A stretch of DNA of 64,000 nt from Cyanophyceae cyanobacterium (GCA_050331735.1 JBHJGN010000019.1:32001-96000); one strand, 5' to 3'. Shown: positions 18,166-29,874, counted from the stretch's first letter. Numbers and translations: made by a program. The notes: generated from the letters alone by a model not told the origin.

Positions 18166-19611
18166 TTAAGTTCCCGCGTCATCCACTGACGGCTCTTCCT
18201 CGACGACTGTTGAAGGCGGTTGAGGCACCTCGGATGCAGGCGGTTCGCTGGGAAGATAGTGTTCTGGCTGCGTCTCGATCAATCCGGGCTTTAGTTCCTC
18301 GGGGTTAGGGGCAATCACTTCTGGCAGCAGGGGTTCTGGGGAAGGGCTAGGCGTGATTTCGGGACGGCGCAGGCGGCGAAAGAATTTTCTGCGCCGTTGA
18401 GGCTGCTCAGCGGCTGGTGCTGCTGACGGCTCATCGAGGTTGGGAATGGGCTGAGGTTGTGGCTCGATTAGTTCTGTGGGCTCCTCAAAGGCTTTTGGAG
18501 TTTCCGGCGGAGAAGCCTCAGACTCTATTGGTTCTGAATCTGGAACCCCCTGCTCGATGCTGGGTTCGGGTAAGGGAGCGCTCGGCGGTTCCACTTCCTC
18601 GGGTTCCTCGAGAAGCGGCTCCTCCGTTTCCGGCAGTTCTGGAACCGGGCCTGCTGCTGGCGGACCCTCGTCTTCAGTCGGTTCAGGAGGCGTGATCGCT
18701 TCCTCGCTAATGCTCGGACTAATGATGCCGCGAGCCGCTTGGGCAGAAAGTTCGCCCCGCATCAGCTTTGATAGCGTATCTTGCCCGTCTGGGACGTACT
18801 CAATCAGCCGAACGGTATTGTTAAAAACGTTCTGAATGGGATTCTCTTGTCCATCGAGAAGCTCTAGCTGGACCCAGTTCGTTCCGGGTCGCCATCCTTT
18901 GAGATAGACTGGCTGCCAGTCTTCGAGCAAGAAACTTTGTCCGTTTACGGTCGCCTGAATTTTCCAGTCAGCAATCTCGTCGTCAGCATCTTCTTGAGCA
19001 ACGAGGTGCAGCGGGGCATTGGTTAAGTAGAAATCGAGCAGGATCGGTTCAGCTCTGTAAGTTCCTTCGGGCTGACTATAGGTCAGCAGAGGTAAGGCGG
19101 AATCGGGAGCGTCGTTGGTGCGAGTAAAGACATGAAACGTTGTTTGAGCGTAAGCCCCTTCGTTTTTAAAGCTTTCGTGCCAGGGACGAGAGGCAAACAC
19201 CCGCAGGGTATGAGTCCCCGGCGACAGGTTTTCTAAAACGATTGGCTGCTCGACGCTATAAATTTCCTGCTCCGGCTGGTTATCGAGGAGCAGGCTCAGA
19301 TGAGGGCCGAGCTGCCGTTCTTCATCTTGGAAGAGGGGATAGTCCTGCACCTGAACTTGGACCTCAACGGTGGTGTCTTGGAAGATATCATCGGTTTGCG
19401 GGCTGATAATTTCTACCTGGGGCTGATACTGAGCCAGTTTGGTTTTTAACTCCTCTATTGCTGGGGGAGGAGCGGTTTCGGCAATGCCAGCTCCAGACCC
19501 TGGACTATCAAGTTGGGGAGGGCGATCGCTACAGCTCAGCAGGCTCCACGCGATGACGCACAGCACCATTCCTACCCCAACAATTTTCCTCCCCAACCCG
19601 ATTCTCCTCAT
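18166..19611 (-). CDS. Hypothetical lipoprotein with Pro/Glu-rich C-terminus
   Basis: Lipobox-like LLSC; globular core with GPHL, PGTHTLRVFASRPWHESFKN; low-complexity tail. Confidence 0.8.
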   Translation of the reverse strand: MRRIGLGRKIVGVGMVLCVIAWSLLSCSDRPPQLDSPGSGAGIAETAPPPAIEELKTKLAQYQPQVEIISPQTDDIFQDTTVEVQVQVQDYPLFQDEERQLGPHLSLLLDNQPEQEIYSVEQPIVLENLSPGTHTLRVFASRPWHESFKNEGAYAQTTFHVFTRTNDAPDSALPLLTYSQPEGTYRAEPILLDFYLTNAPLHLVAQEDADDEIADWKIQATVNGQSFLLEDWQPVYLKGWRPGTNWVQLELLDGQENPIQNVFNNTVRLIEYVPDGQDTLSKLMRGELSAQAARGIISPSISEEAITPPEPTEDEGPPAAGPVPELPETEEPLLEEPEEVEPPSAPLPEPSIEQGVPDSEPIESEASPPETPKAFEEPTELIEPQPQPIPNLDEPSAAPAAEQPQRRRKFFRRLRRPEITPSPSPEPLLPEVIAPNPEELKPGLIETQPEHYLPSEPPASEVPQPPSTVVEEEPSVDDAGT

Positions 19612-19801
19612 GCTTTCTGCCTAATTTATTGAAGTCCCACTGGCACTATAGCGAAATCTGGTTCGCCTTCATCAGCTAAATTGCGCAGGTTTTAAATGTC
19701 TGGCGTCAAATGTTTCTCTTTGTGAAGAAAACTTGTTTTCTCTTGACATGCTTAGAAGAGGAGGTTGCTCACAATCTATATCTGCTCAAGACTTGAGGAA
19801 A

Positions 19802-19819
19802 TTTAAATATTGTTAAGTA
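19802..19819 (+). promoter_or_regulatory. HLR1-like (RpaB) direct repeat upstream of psaA
   Basis: TTTAAATA-TT-GTTAAGTA resembles (G/T)TTACA(T/A)(T/A)-N2 repeat; TATTAT -10-like at 19856-19861. Confidence 0.55.
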
Positions 19820-19951
19820 TCTTCGGGTGGAGCGAAACAAACGCGGGATTGGATTTATTATCAGAGTAATTGCAAATGCCTAGAACATAACTAGGATAGG
19901 CATACCGCGTTAAATCACACTTTTAAAGTTCATTGTCGAGAGAGAACCCTC

Positions 19952-22213
19952 ATGACAATTAGTCCTCCTGAAAGAGAGGCGAAAGTGAGAGTCGTAGTTG
20001 ACAAAGATCCGGTAGAAACCTCATTTGAAAAATGGGCTCAGCCGGGTCACTTCGACCGCGCTCTCAAGCGAGGTCCTAAAACCACAACCTGGATTTGGAA
20101 CCTCCACGCCGATGCACACGATTTTGATAGTCAAACCAGTGACCTCGAAGATATTTCTAGAAAGATCTTCAGTGCCCACTTTGGTCACTTAGCAGTTGTT
20201 TTTGTTTGGCTGAGCGGCATGTATTTTCATGGCGCTCGTTTTTCCAACTATGAGTCTTGGCTGAGAGACCCAATCAATATCAAGCCAAGCGCTCAGGTCG
20301 TTTGGCCGATTGTCGGTCAAGACATTCTCAATGGTGATATGGGCGGTGGCTTCCACGGCATTCAGATCACCTCTGGCTTCTTCCAGCTCTGGCGAGCTTC
20401 GGGAATTACCACCGAATTTCAGCTTTACTGCACCGCGATTGGCGGGCTAGTAATGGCAGCACTCATGATCTTCGCTGGTTGGTTCCACTACCACAAGCGT
20501 GCTCCCAAGCTAGAGTGGTTCCAGAATGTCGAGTCGATGCTCAACCATCACCTAGCTGGCTTGCTCGGGCTGGGGTCTCTATCCTGGGCTGGGCACCAGA
20601 TCCATGTAGCTTTACCAATTAACAAGCTACTGGATGCGGGAGTGGCCCCAGAAGACATTCCCCTGCCCCACGAGTTCATCTTGAACCGCAGCATTATGGC
20701 TGAGCTCTATCCCAGCTTTGCTGAGGGACTCAAGCCCTTCTTTACCCTTAACTGGGCTACCTACTCTGATTTTCTCACCTTCAAGGGGGGATTGAACCCC
20801 GTCACCGGAGGTTTGTGGCTGTCGGATACGGCTCACCACCACCTGGCGATCGCCGTTCTGTTCCTAATTGCCGGACATATGTACCGGACCAACTGGGGCA
20901 TTGGGCACAGCATCAAGGAAATCCTAGAAAACCACAGGGATCCCATGATCATTGGTGGCACAGGGCATAAAGGTCTTTATGAAATCTTGACCACGTCCTG
21001 GCACGCTCAGCTAGCGATCAATCTCGCCATGCTCGGTTCGCTGACGATCATTGTGGCACATCATATGTACGCGATGCCTCCCTATCCCTACATGGCGACA
21101 GACTACGGTACGCAGCTGTCTCTGTTCACCCACCATATGTGGATTGGCGGATTCCTGATTGTGGGCGCGGGCGCTCATGGCGCGATCTTCATGGTGCGCG
21201 ATTACGATCCGGCGAAGAACGTTAACAACGTATTAGACCGGGTAATCCGCCACCGCGACGCGATTATTTCCCACCTCAACTGGGTCTGTATTTTCCTCGG
21301 CTTCCACAGCTTTGGTCTCTACATTCACAACGACACGATGCGAGCTTTGGGTCGCCCCCAAGATATGTTCTCAGATACGGCAATTCAGCTCCAGCCCGTG
21401 TTTGCCCAGTGGGTCCAGAACCTGCATACTCTGGCTCCGGGTGCCACCGCTCCCAATGCGATTGAACCGGCAAGCTATGCCTTTGGCGGCGGTATTGTCG
21501 CCGTGGGTGGTAAAGTCGCCATGATGCCGATTGCCCTGGGAACCGCCGATTTCATGGTGCATCACATTCATGCGTTTACCATTCACGTAACGGCACTGAT
21601 CCTGCTCAAAGGAGTGCTTTACGCTCGTAGCTCACGGCTGATTCCCGATAAGATGAATCTCGGCTTCCGTTTCCCCTGCGACGGTCCTGGTCGCGGCGGT
21701 ACGTGCCAAGTATCCGGATGGGACCACGTTTTTCTGGGCCTGTTCTGGATGTATAACTCCCTATCGATTGTCATTTTCCACTTTAGCTGGAAGATGCAGT
21801 CCGACGTTTGGGGAACCGTATCGCCAGATGGAACGGTATCTCATATTACCTTCGGCAACTTCGCAACGAGTGCCCTCACCATTAACGGGTGGCTGCGCGA
21901 CTTTCTCTGGGCGCAGGCTTCGCAGGTGATCAACTCCTACGGAACAGCGTTGTCTGCCTACGGGTTACTGTTCCTCGGCGCTCACTTTGTCTGGGCCTTC
22001 AGCCTGATGTTCTTATTCAGCGGTCGCGGCTACTGGCAAGAGTTGATTGAGTCGATTGTCTGGGCACACAATAAACTCAGAGTCGCTCCAGCAATTCAGC
22101 CTCGCGCTTTGAGCATCATTCAAGGCCGCGCCGTGGGTGTTGCCCACTACCTGTTGGGAGGAATTGTCACCACTTGGGCATTCTTCCTCGCGCGAATCCT
22201 TGCAGTAGGATAA
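19952..22213 (+). CDS. psaA: Photosystem I P700 apoprotein A1
   Basis: [37 protein letters not shown]. Confidence 0.99.
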   Translation: MTISPPEREAKVRVVVDKDPVETSFEKWAQPGHFDRALKRGPKTTTWIWNLHADAHDFDSQTSDLEDISRKIFSAHFGHLAVVFVWLSGMYFHGARFSNYESWLRDPINIKPSAQVVWPIVGQDILNGDMGGGFHGIQITSGFFQLWRASGITTEFQLYCTAIGGLVMAALMIFAGWFHYHKRAPKLEWFQNVESMLNHHLAGLLGLGSLSWAGHQIHVALPINKLLDAGVAPEDIPLPHEFILNRSIMAELYPSFAEGLKPFFTLNWATYSDFLTFKGGLNPVTGGLWLSDTAHHHLAIAVLFLIAGHMYRTNWGIGHSIKEILENHRDPMIIGGTGHKGLYEILTTSWHAQLAINLAMLGSLTIIVAHHMYAMPPYPYMATDYGTQLSLFTHHMWIGGFLIVGAGAHGAIFMVRDYDPAKNVNNVLDRVIRHRDAIISHLNWVCIFLGFHSFGLYIHNDTMRALGRPQDMFSDTAIQLQPVFAQWVQNLHTLAPGATAPNAIEPASYAFGGGIVAVGGKVAMMPIALGTADFMVHHIHAFTIHVTALILLKGVLYARSSRLIPDKMNLGFRFPCDGPGRGGTCQVSGWDHVFLGLFWMYNSLSIVIFHFSWKMQSDVWGTVSPDGTVSHITFGNFATSALTINGWLRDFLWAQASQVINSYGTALSAYGLLFLGAHFVWAFSLMFLFSGRGYWQELIESIVWAHNKLRVAPAIQPRALSIIQGRAVGVAHYLLGGIVTTWAFFLARILAVG

Positions 22214-22244
22214 GGAAAACGCACAGGGCAGCTATTGCCTACCC

Positions 22245-22314
22245 TCCTGGAACTTCGGTTCCAGGACAACTATAAACAAGAAAATGAGCAGCGCACCTGC
22301 GTTAGCCTCATTTT
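22245..22314 (+). other. Intergenic RNA hairpins in psaA-psaB spacer
   Basis: TCCTGGAAC-TTCG-GTTCCAGGA perfect stem with UUCG loop; AAAATGAG...CTCATTTT second stem. Confidence 0.6.
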
Positions 22315-22341
22315 TGACAAGGAGAATTTCCTTAAAGACTT

Positions 22342-24555
22342 ATGGCAACTAAATTTCCAAAATTTAGCCAGGATCTCGCTCAAGACCCGACGACTCGTCG
22401 GATTTGGTACGGAATCGCCACCGCCCACGATTTTGAAACGCACGACGGAATGACCGAGGAAAATCTTTATCAAAAGATTTTTGCCTCTCACTTCGGTCAC
22501 ATTGCGATCATTTTCCTCTGGACCTCCGGCACTCTGTTCCACGTCGCCTGGCAAGGTAATTTCGAGCAGTGGATTAAAGATCCGATCAACGTTCGTCCCA
22601 TCGCTCACGCAATTTGGGATCCTCACTTTGGGGAAGCGGCAGTAGATGCGTTTACCCAAGGGGGCGCTTCTAACCCCGTTAACATTGCCTACTCTGGTGT
22701 TTACCACTGGTTTTACACCATTGGCATGACCAAGAATACCGACCTCTATATGGGAGCCGTGTTCTTGCTCATTCTCTCAGCCGTCTTTCTATTTGCTGGC
22801 TGGCTGCACCTCCAGCCTAAGTTCCGTCCGAGCCTCTCCTGGTTCAAGAACGCTGAGTCTCGTCTCAATCACCACTTGGCTGGTTTGTTTGGCGTGAGTT
22901 CTCTAGCGTGGGCTGGTCACCTCGTTCACGTGGCTATTCCTGAGTCTCGCGGACAGCACGTAGGCTGGGATAACTTCCTGACCACTCCTCCTCACCCGGC
23001 TGGTCTTGGCCCCTTCTTTACCGGCAACTGGGGAGTGTATGCTCAGAACCCAGATACGGCTAATCACGTCTTTGGTACGTCTCAGGGTGCAGGAACCGCC
23101 ATTTTGACCTTCTTAGGTGGCTTTCATCCTCAAACCGAGTCTCTTTGGCTGACGGATATGGCTCACCACCACTTGGCGATCGCCGTGATCTTCATTATCG
23201 CGGGACATATGTACCGCACCAACTTTGGGATCGGGCACAGCATTAAGGATATGCTTAACGCCAAGAAATTTTTCGGCCAAGAAACCGAAGGTCAGTTCAA
23301 CCTGCCTCACCAGGGACTGTATGACACCCTCAACAACTCCCTGCACTTTCAGCTTGCTCTGGCCCTAGCCGCGTTGGGTGTGATCACATCCCTCGTCGCT
23401 CAGCATATGTACGCTCTGCCTCCCTACGTCTTTATGGGACGAGCCTACACCACGCAGGCGGCGCTCTACACCCATCACCAGTACATTGCTGGGTTCATCA
23501 TGCTCGGAGCTTTTGCTCACGGTGCCATTTTCCTCGTCCGGGACTATGACCCTGAGCAAAACCGAGGCAACGTCCTAGACCGGGTACTCCAGCACAAAGA
23601 GGCGATTATCTCCCACTTAAGCTGGGTTTCCCTCTTCCTCGGCTTCCACACTCTGGGTCTGTACGTTCATAACGACGTTGTTGTAGCCTTCGGCACTCCC
23701 GAAAAGCAAATCCTGATTGAGCCGGTATTTGCTCAGTTTGTGCAGGGCGCTCACGGGAAAGCCCTCTATGGGTTCGATGCTCTGCTCTCCAACGCCGATA
23801 GCGTCGCCTCCACCGCCGGTGCTCCTTGGCTTCCGGGCTGGCTAGGCGCTATCAACGACAGCACCAACTCGCTGTTCCTGACCATTGGTCCTGGCGACTT
23901 CTTGGTGCATCACGCGATCGCGCTTGGTCTGCATACCACCACTCTTATTTTGGTTAAGGGCGCCCTCGACGCTCGCGGTTCTAAGCTGATGCCGGACAAA
24001 AAAGACTTCGGCTTTGCGTTCCCCTGCGACGGTCCCGGTCGGGGAGGTACCTGCGATATTTCTGCTTGGGATTCGTTCTACCTCGCCGCCTTCTGGATGC
24101 TGAACACCATCGGCTGGGTGACCTTCTACTGGCACTGGAAGCATCTTGGTATTTGGCAGGGCAACGTGGCGCAGTTTAATGAAAGCTCCACCTACCTGAT
24201 GGGCTGGCTCCGTGACTATCTCTGGGCAAACTCCGCACAGTTGATTAACGGATACAACCCCTACGGCATGAACAACCTATCAGTCTGGGCTTGGATGTTC
24301 CTATTCGGACACCTGGTTTGGGCAACTGGCTTTATGTTCCTGATCTCCTGGAGAGGATACTGGCAAGAGCTGATTGAGACTCTTGTTTGGGCGCACGAGC
24401 GCACTCCTCTAGCCAACCTCGTTCGCTGGAAGGACAAGCCTGTGGCAATGTCTATCGTTCAAGGTCGTGTAGTTGGTCTAGCCCACTTCGCCGTTGGCTA
24501 CGTCCTTACCTACGCTGCCTTCCTGATTGCCTCCACGGCTGGTAAGTTTGGTTAA
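22342..24555 (+). CDS. psaB: Photosystem I P700 apoprotein A2
   Basis: [45 protein letters not shown]. Confidence 0.99.
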   Translation: MATKFPKFSQDLAQDPTTRRIWYGIATAHDFETHDGMTEENLYQKIFASHFGHIAIIFLWTSGTLFHVAWQGNFEQWIKDPINVRPIAHAIWDPHFGEAAVDAFTQGGASNPVNIAYSGVYHWFYTIGMTKNTDLYMGAVFLLILSAVFLFAGWLHLQPKFRPSLSWFKNAESRLNHHLAGLFGVSSLAWAGHLVHVAIPESRGQHVGWDNFLTTPPHPAGLGPFFTGNWGVYAQNPDTANHVFGTSQGAGTAILTFLGGFHPQTESLWLTDMAHHHLAIAVIFIIAGHMYRTNFGIGHSIKDMLNAKKFFGQETEGQFNLPHQGLYDTLNNSLHFQLALALAALGVITSLVAQHMYALPPYVFMGRAYTTQAALYTHHQYIAGFIMLGAFAHGAIFLVRDYDPEQNRGNVLDRVLQHKEAIISHLSWVSLFLGFHTLGLYVHNDVVVAFGTPEKQILIEPVFAQFVQGAHGKALYGFDALLSNADSVASTAGAPWLPGWLGAINDSTNSLFLTIGPGDFLVHHAIALGLHTTTLILVKGALDARGSKLMPDKKDFGFAFPCDGPGRGGTCDISAWDSFYLAAFWMLNTIGWVTFYWHWKHLGIWQGNVAQFNESSTYLMGWLRDYLWANSAQLINGYNPYGMNNLSVWAWMFLFGHLVWATGFMFLISWRGYWQELIETLVWAHERTPLANLVRWKDKPVAMSIVQGRVVGLAHFAVGYVLTYAAFLIASTAGKFG

Positions 24556-24581
24556 AGACTAATCTCTAAGAGATAACCATT

Positions 24582-24615
24582 TAATCCCTCACCGAGCGGT
24601 GGGGGATTAGTTTTT
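24582..24615 (+). terminator. Intrinsic terminator of psaAB
   Basis: TAATCCCTCACC-GAGC-GGTGGGGGATTA-GTTTTT. Confidence 0.85.
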
Positions 24616-24740
24616 GTGGCTCCTGCATCCAAGCTCGTTTAGGAACTGAAGCCAGTCAAAATGATTAACGAAGTTCCGAGCAAAGCTGAACAGAGCGACC
24701 GTTGCTCGCCCAATTCAAGACATAGAAGTAGTTTTCTAGA

Positions 24741-26405
24741 ATGATTCTGCCTCAGTTTTTAGCCTGTCGTCAGTCTCGTGCTCAACTATTTTGGTTGGCT
24801 CTGAGTTTGTCTGTAGCCGCAGCCTATAGCGTTTTTGCTCTTCAGGAGGCATTTAGTAGTGAATGGGTCGTTCAAGACGATGCGCGACAGCACGTGTTTT
24901 GGATGCTGCGGTTTACCAATTCGGAGCTGTTTCCTGACGATTTTATTGCCAATTATTTTCAAACTGTAGCCCCAGCGGGATATCAGTGGCTGTATCGAGG
25001 GGCGATCGCTCTGGGGTTCGATCCGTTTGTGTTCAATAAATTGCTGCCTGTCGGCTTAAATCTGATCGCGGCTGGCTACTGCTTTGGAACCTGCTTGCAG
25101 ATCTTTCCCGTTCCCGCCGCCGCTTTCACCGCCACTCTGCTGCTCTCGCAAAGTTTGGGCTTGACAGATGCCGTTGTTTCTGGGACGCCAAAGGCGTTTA
25201 TCTACCCGCTCTTTTTAGCGTTTCTCTACTATCTGCTGCGGCGTTCCCTGTGGCCCTGCTTAGGCGCGATCGCGCTATTGGGGCTGTTCTATCCGCAGAT
25301 GGTGTTACTGGCTGCCGCTATTTTAACGCTCCGGTTGGTATGGCGCTCCCATCGCCAGGATTGGGTAATGAGCGTGGCGGGGTTAGCCGTAGCGTTTCTC
25401 GTGCTGCTGCCCTATGCCCTCAAAACCCATCAGTTTGAACCCGTAATTTCCGTTGCTCAGGCCAGGAGTCTGCCGGAATTTCTACCGGGGGGGCGATCGC
25501 GGTTTTTTTATGACAACGATCCGGCCAAGTTTTGGCTGCGGGGACGCGGCGGGGTTCGGCTGCCGTCGATTTTAACGCCTGTGACGAATGCAACAGGGTT
25601 TCTGCTGCTGGTGCTGCCGCAATTTCCGCAGCGGTTTCCGATTGTGCGGCAGTTACAGGCAAAGATTCTGCTGCAAATCGTGGTGGCTTCTGTGGGGATG
25701 TTTTTTGCTGCCCATGCCCTGCTGTTTAGGCTGCATTTACCGTCCCGCTACACAGAACATAGCCTCCGCATGGTGATGAGCATTGCATCAGGGATTGTGT
25801 TGGTGATTTTGATTGAGTCTCTATGGCGCTGGGCGAAGCCTGGGGGGCGAGCGCTGCTGGCTGGGTGCGCCACAATCGTAATGGCGATCGCGCTGGCTGG
25901 CTATCCTCGCTTTGTCGAGAAGTTCCCCGTCACCGCTTATCGAGTGGGAGAAGCCCCGGCGCTGTACGAATTTTTCCAGCAGCAGCCTCCAGACAGCCTG
26001 ATTGCTTCTCTGACTGATGAGGGCAATAATCTGCCCACCTTTGCCAGACGTTCTATTTTAGTTGGCAGCGAATACGCAATTCCCTATCACTGGGGCTACT
26101 ACCGACCGTTTCGAGAACGAGTGCTGAATTTAATGGCCGCTCAGTATAGCCCCAACCTTCAGGTGGTGCGAGACGTGATTCAAAAATACGGCATTGACTT
26201 TTGGCTACTAAAACCTAGCGATTTCACCCCAGAAGCACTGGCAGACGATCCGTGGCTGATGCAGTATCAGCCAGCGGCGAACGAGGCAATTTCTCATCTT
26301 CAATCAGGAGTCCCTGCCATTTTGAAGACAATTCCTCACTGTACGGTTTTTCAATCGAAAGATTTAGTCGTCCTAGACGCAAACTGTATTCGCACAGCTA
26401 ATTGA
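24741..26405 (+). CDS. Polytopic membrane protein, possibly GT-C fold glycosyltransferase
   Basis: Many TM segments, acidic QDD motif in first loop, soluble C-terminal domain; near a GT39-like gene. Confidence 0.7.
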   Translation: MILPQFLACRQSRAQLFWLALSLSVAAAYSVFALQEAFSSEWVVQDDARQHVFWMLRFTNSELFPDDFIANYFQTVAPAGYQWLYRGAIALGFDPFVFNKLLPVGLNLIAAGYCFGTCLQIFPVPAAAFTATLLLSQSLGLTDAVVSGTPKAFIYPLFLAFLYYLLRRSLWPCLGAIALLGLFYPQMVLLAAAILTLRLVWRSHRQDWVMSVAGLAVAFLVLLPYALKTHQFEPVISVAQARSLPEFLPGGRSRFFYDNDPAKFWLRGRGGVRLPSILTPVTNATGFLLLVLPQFPQRFPIVRQLQAKILLQIVVASVGMFFAAHALLFRLHLPSRYTEHSLRMVMSIASGIVLVILIESLWRWAKPGGRALLAGCATIVMAIALAGYPRFVEKFPVTAYRVGEAPALYEFFQQQPPDSLIASLTDEGNNLPTFARRSILVGSEYAIPYHWGYYRPFRERVLNLMAAQYSPNLQVVRDVIQKYGIDFWLLKPSDFTPEALADDPWLMQYQPAANEAISHLQSGVPAILKTIPHCTVFQSKDLVVLDANCIRTAN

Positions 26406-26410
26406 ATGCC

Positions 26411-28012
26411 CTAACTATTCGCGGCGAGTACTTCCTGAGCAAGGTTGCTGAAGTAAGTTTTGAGATCTTTCCAGGAAAGACTGGTCGAAACCATGCCGAT
26501 GTAGTTATCGGGTCTTAGCAAGACCTGGAACGGTTGGCTTAAGCCAAAAAGCTCGACAACGCGCGGGTAAAGCGGAATAACCGTATAGTCGAGCCAATGG
26601 CCGTATTCCTGGTTAAGCTTTGGCTGTAATTCTTGAACGCTGTGTTCACCGTCGGTAAATATCAGCAGGTGGAATTTGGGAGCGCGGAGCGAGTCGTATA
26701 CACTAGCGCCATTGACCAAAAAGTACGGCATTCTGTCCCCGGCCTTAACCTCAAAATGGCGATGGCGCAGCCTCTCGGCACGAGAGCCCTGATGCTGGCT
26801 TAAAGAGCTGTGGCGGTAGTTCAGGCCGATTTCAGACACCAGCTCGAAGAGAAACTCTCTGGCCCCATCAAAGCGCGTCACTACGCTGGCCAGACTCGGC
26901 AAAACCGTGTCGCGGAACAACCGGAAATACCACTGGTGGCCTGCTGCCACATCAAAAAACTGATCTGTTGACCGCAAAAGCTGTTTGGCGTTTGCTAAAC
27001 GTTCCTCATTGTACGTATCGAGAAGTGAAGTCTTCGCCTTGCCGTGCAGCACAAATGCCAGCTTCCAGGCTAGGTTATAGGCATCCTGAATCCCGGTGTT
27101 CATGCCCTGTCCGCCCGCAGGAGTATGAATGTGGGCGGCATCGCCAGCCAGAAAGCATCTGCCAACAGAAAATGGTTCTGCATGACGAGTATGTACTTTG
27201 TAGCTGGAAAACCAGCGCACCGTCAGAATCTCCAGTGGACGCATGACCAACTGCTTGACCTTATGTTCAATGTCAGCAAAGGTCACGTCTGGCTCGTCCC
27301 AGTCGTTATATTCAGGCATGTTGCCGATTAGCCTCCAGTGCTTCTTGCCCTGCATCGGAACCATCAGCACAAAGGAGTTCTGGGCCAACGGAGCGTAAAA
27401 GGTAGCTTCGTCTGCGGGAAACTCCATCTCTACGTCTGCCACATAAAACAGGCGCGGGTAAGTCGAGCCTTCAAACGGAAGACCGAGAAAATGCCGCGTC
27501 GGACTGCTTGCGCCGTCACAGCCCACTAGGTAGCGGGCTTCAACCGTATTTGTTTCGCCGTTTGCGGCTTTAAGAACCGCCTTAACACCATCGGCATTTT
27601 GCTCTACGTTTCCCACTTCAGTCTGCCACCGCACCTCTTGCCCGTGGTGTTGGAGATACTCGTACAGAAGACACTCGTTCTTACTTTGTTCAAAGACGAG
27701 CATATACGGAAATGGGCTGAGCTGAGCGCCAAAGTCAGAAAAATCGAGGCGACCAGTAATTTTGCCTTCATGCATCAAAGCACCTTTTTGGACAATCTCG
27801 CCCCCGGCAACAGCTTGCTGAGCTAGACCAACCTGCTCGTAAATCTCCAGAGTACGCGCGTGAACGACCAAAGCCTTTGACAGGTCTGTAATTCCTTCTT
27901 TGCGATCGATGATTACAAAATCAATACCGTAGCGGATGAGCTGGACAGCTAGCGAGAGTCCGGTCGGTCCGGCCCCGATAATAATTACATCTGTTTTGAG
28001 CGTTGTTTTCAT
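26411..28012 (-). CDS. FAD-dependent monooxygenase (PheA/TfdB-like)
   Basis: GAGPTGL, GCDGASS, LAGDAAHIHTPAGGQGMNTGIQDAYNLAWKL. Confidence 0.93.
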   Translation of the reverse strand: MKTTLKTDVIIIGAGPTGLSLAVQLIRYGIDFVIIDRKEGITDLSKALVVHARTLEIYEQVGLAQQAVAGGEIVQKGALMHEGKITGRLDFSDFGAQLSPFPYMLVFEQSKNECLLYEYLQHHGQEVRWQTEVGNVEQNADGVKAVLKAANGETNTVEARYLVGCDGASSPTRHFLGLPFEGSTYPRLFYVADVEMEFPADEATFYAPLAQNSFVLMVPMQGKKHWRLIGNMPEYNDWDEPDVTFADIEHKVKQLVMRPLEILTVRWFSSYKVHTRHAEPFSVGRCFLAGDAAHIHTPAGGQGMNTGIQDAYNLAWKLAFVLHGKAKTSLLDTYNEERLANAKQLLRSTDQFFDVAAGHQWYFRLFRDTVLPSLASVVTRFDGAREFLFELVSEIGLNYRHSSLSQHQGSRAERLRHRHFEVKAGDRMPYFLVNGASVYDSLRAPKFHLLIFTDGEHSVQELQPKLNQEYGHWLDYTVIPLYPRVVELFGLSQPFQVLLRPDNYIGMVSTSLSWKDLKTYFSNLAQEVLAANS

Positions 28013-28082
28013 AAGTTCACCTCTAGCAATTTCAGCCGTCGCCAGTAGTTAGCAGTCGCGACGGAATAATTCTATTAATTCT

Positions 28083-28110
28083 ATAATACTGAACTGTTCA
28101 GTTTAGTCAA
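28083..28110 (-). promoter_or_regulatory. Sigma70-type promoter with palindromic operator in spacer
   Basis: Minus strand TTGACT-N16-TATTAT; ACTGAAC-N-GTTCAGT perfect palindrome at 28088-28102. Confidence 0.6.
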
Positions 28111-28335
28111 GCGGAGAAGCATAAGGTATTGATGGAGCTATCTCGGTAGGAAAGTTCAGAACAACTCGTTGGACTGACAAAAATCCTCAGAAAGTTTTAC
28201 AGTAATCGGTATTTGGGAAAGTAGTGAAGCAGTTTAGCAACTGTTCTTAACTAACAAAGCTTGAAAAGCTGGCTATGTAGTTCCAGACGGCGGCGCTATC
28301 TTTCCCCATCATTAAAATTCCTGTTTGAGAGCCAA

Positions 28336-29874
28336 ATGTTCAATCGTCCTCTACCGTCAAGACAACGAAGCATGATTATTGTGCTTATTCTCGTTGGGAT
28401 TTTCTTCCGCTTCTATAACCTAGAGCGCAAGGTATACTGGTACGACGAGACGATGACCTCGCTACGGATTTCCGGTCATACCCAGTCAGAATTGGTCGAA
28501 CAGGTTTTTGATGGACGTACCATCAGCGTTGAGGAATTACTGCATTATCAGTATCCCAACCGAGTCAAAGGTTTGCATGATACTCTCGATGCCCTAGCAG
28601 GTAATCCTGAACATTCGCCGCTGTATTATTTGATGGCGAGGGGATGGCTACAGATTTTCGGGAATTCTGTCACCACCATCAGAGTTTTATCGGCTCTCAT
28701 TAGTTTACTGGTCTTGCCCTGCATCTACTGGCTGTGTTTAGAACTATTTGGTTCGTCATTGGTCGGTTGGGTGGCAACAGCACTGATTGCCATTTCCCCG
28801 TTTCATATTCTCTATGCCCAAGAAGCGCGAGAGTACAGTCTGTGGACGGTCACGATTCTCTTTTCCGGTGCTGCGCTTCTGTGGACCAGGGGACGCAAAG
28901 ATTGGTTAAGCTGGGGCGTTTACAGCGTTAGCGTCGCTTTGGGGCTGTACGTCCACCCGTTTTCTGGGTTTGTCAGCGTTGGACACGGAATTTATATCTT
29001 AATGAGCGAAAGATGCCGCTGGAGTCAACGAGTGCAGGCTTACTTCCTGTCTTCGTTCGTGGGGGTGTTACTCTTTGTTCCTTGGCTGTGGATTGTGATC
29101 GCCCGCTTCTCGGATTTCCTGGCTAACACAGACTCGGTTAATCGCACTCGCTCAGGCTTCCTGCCCCTGTTTTGGGGACTCAATTTGAGCCGAATCTTCA
29201 TCGATTTCAATCAAGGAACGAGTCCGTTGAGTCCCCTACACTATCTTTGTGCTGCTTTAGCCGGATACGCGCTTTACTATCTCTGTCGTCACGCTTCTCC
29301 CTCTACCTGGGTGTTCGTGATTACCTCGGTCGGCGTGACAGGAATTGCTCTGATTGCCCCCGATATTATTTTAGGGGGTCGTCGTTCCAGCATCACTCGC
29401 TACGCCATTCCCTGCTACCTGGGGATTCAAATCGCTGTCGCCTACTTGCTGACAATGAAGCTGAGCCTTAAACGACCCTCTCAGCAGCGTCAGCGCTGGA
29501 GAGGTGTGGCGATCGCCTTAATTTTCAGCGGGGTGTTATCCGCTATCGTTAGCTCGCAAATTCCGGTATGGTGGCACAAAAGCTATGCCAAAAGTCGCTA
29601 TAATCCGCCCATTGCTCGCACCTTCAACAGCGCCATCGAGCCTTTAGTCATTAGCAATGAAATCCCCGGTCGAGTGCTCTCCTTAGCGCATCTTCTCAAC
29701 CCGCAGGTTCATTTGCAGTTAGTGACGGCTTCTGACACTCCCACAATCGATAGCAACTTCAAAACAGTGTTTCTCTATCGTCCCTCAGATACTCTACTGC
29801 AAGCATTGCAGAAAAAACACCGCTTTGAAAAGATTCAGCCCTGGGTTTGGCAGCTTACAGACAACGATCATTAG
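28336..29874 (+). CDS. Glycosyltransferase family 39 (PMT/ArnT-like) membrane protein
   Basis: YWYDE, HSPLYY, SPFHILYAQEAREYSLW motifs; ATG 28336 preferred over TTG 28261. Confidence 0.87.
   Translation: MFNRPLPSRQRSMIIVLILVGIFFRFYNLERKVYWYDETMTSLRISGHTQSELVEQVFDGRTISVEELLHYQYPNRVKGLHDTLDALAGNPEHSPLYYLMARGWLQIFGNSVTTIRVLSALISLLVLPCIYWLCLELFGSSLVGWVATALIAISPFHILYAQEAREYSLWTVTILFSGAALLWTRGRKDWLSWGVYSVSVALGLYVHPFSGFVSVGHGIYILMSERCRWSQRVQAYFLSSFVGVLLFVPWLWIVIARFSDFLANTDSVNRTRSGFLPLFWGLNLSRIFIDFNQGTSPLSPLHYLCAALAGYALYYLCRHASPSTWVFVITSVGVTGIALIAPDIILGGRRSSITRYAIPCYLGIQIAVAYLLTMKLSLKRPSQQRQRWRGVAIALIFSGVLSAIVSSQIPVWWHKSYAKSRYNPPIARTFNSAIEPLVISNEIPGRVLSLAHLLNPQVHLQLVTASDTPTIDSNFKTVFLYRPSDTLLQALQKKHRFEKIQPWVWQLTDNDH

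Noticed and set aside
19952..24555. Far-red (FaRLiP) photosystem I cluster
   Set aside because: Normal-length PsaA/PsaB with no rfpABC, chlF or paralogous psb/apc genes nearby
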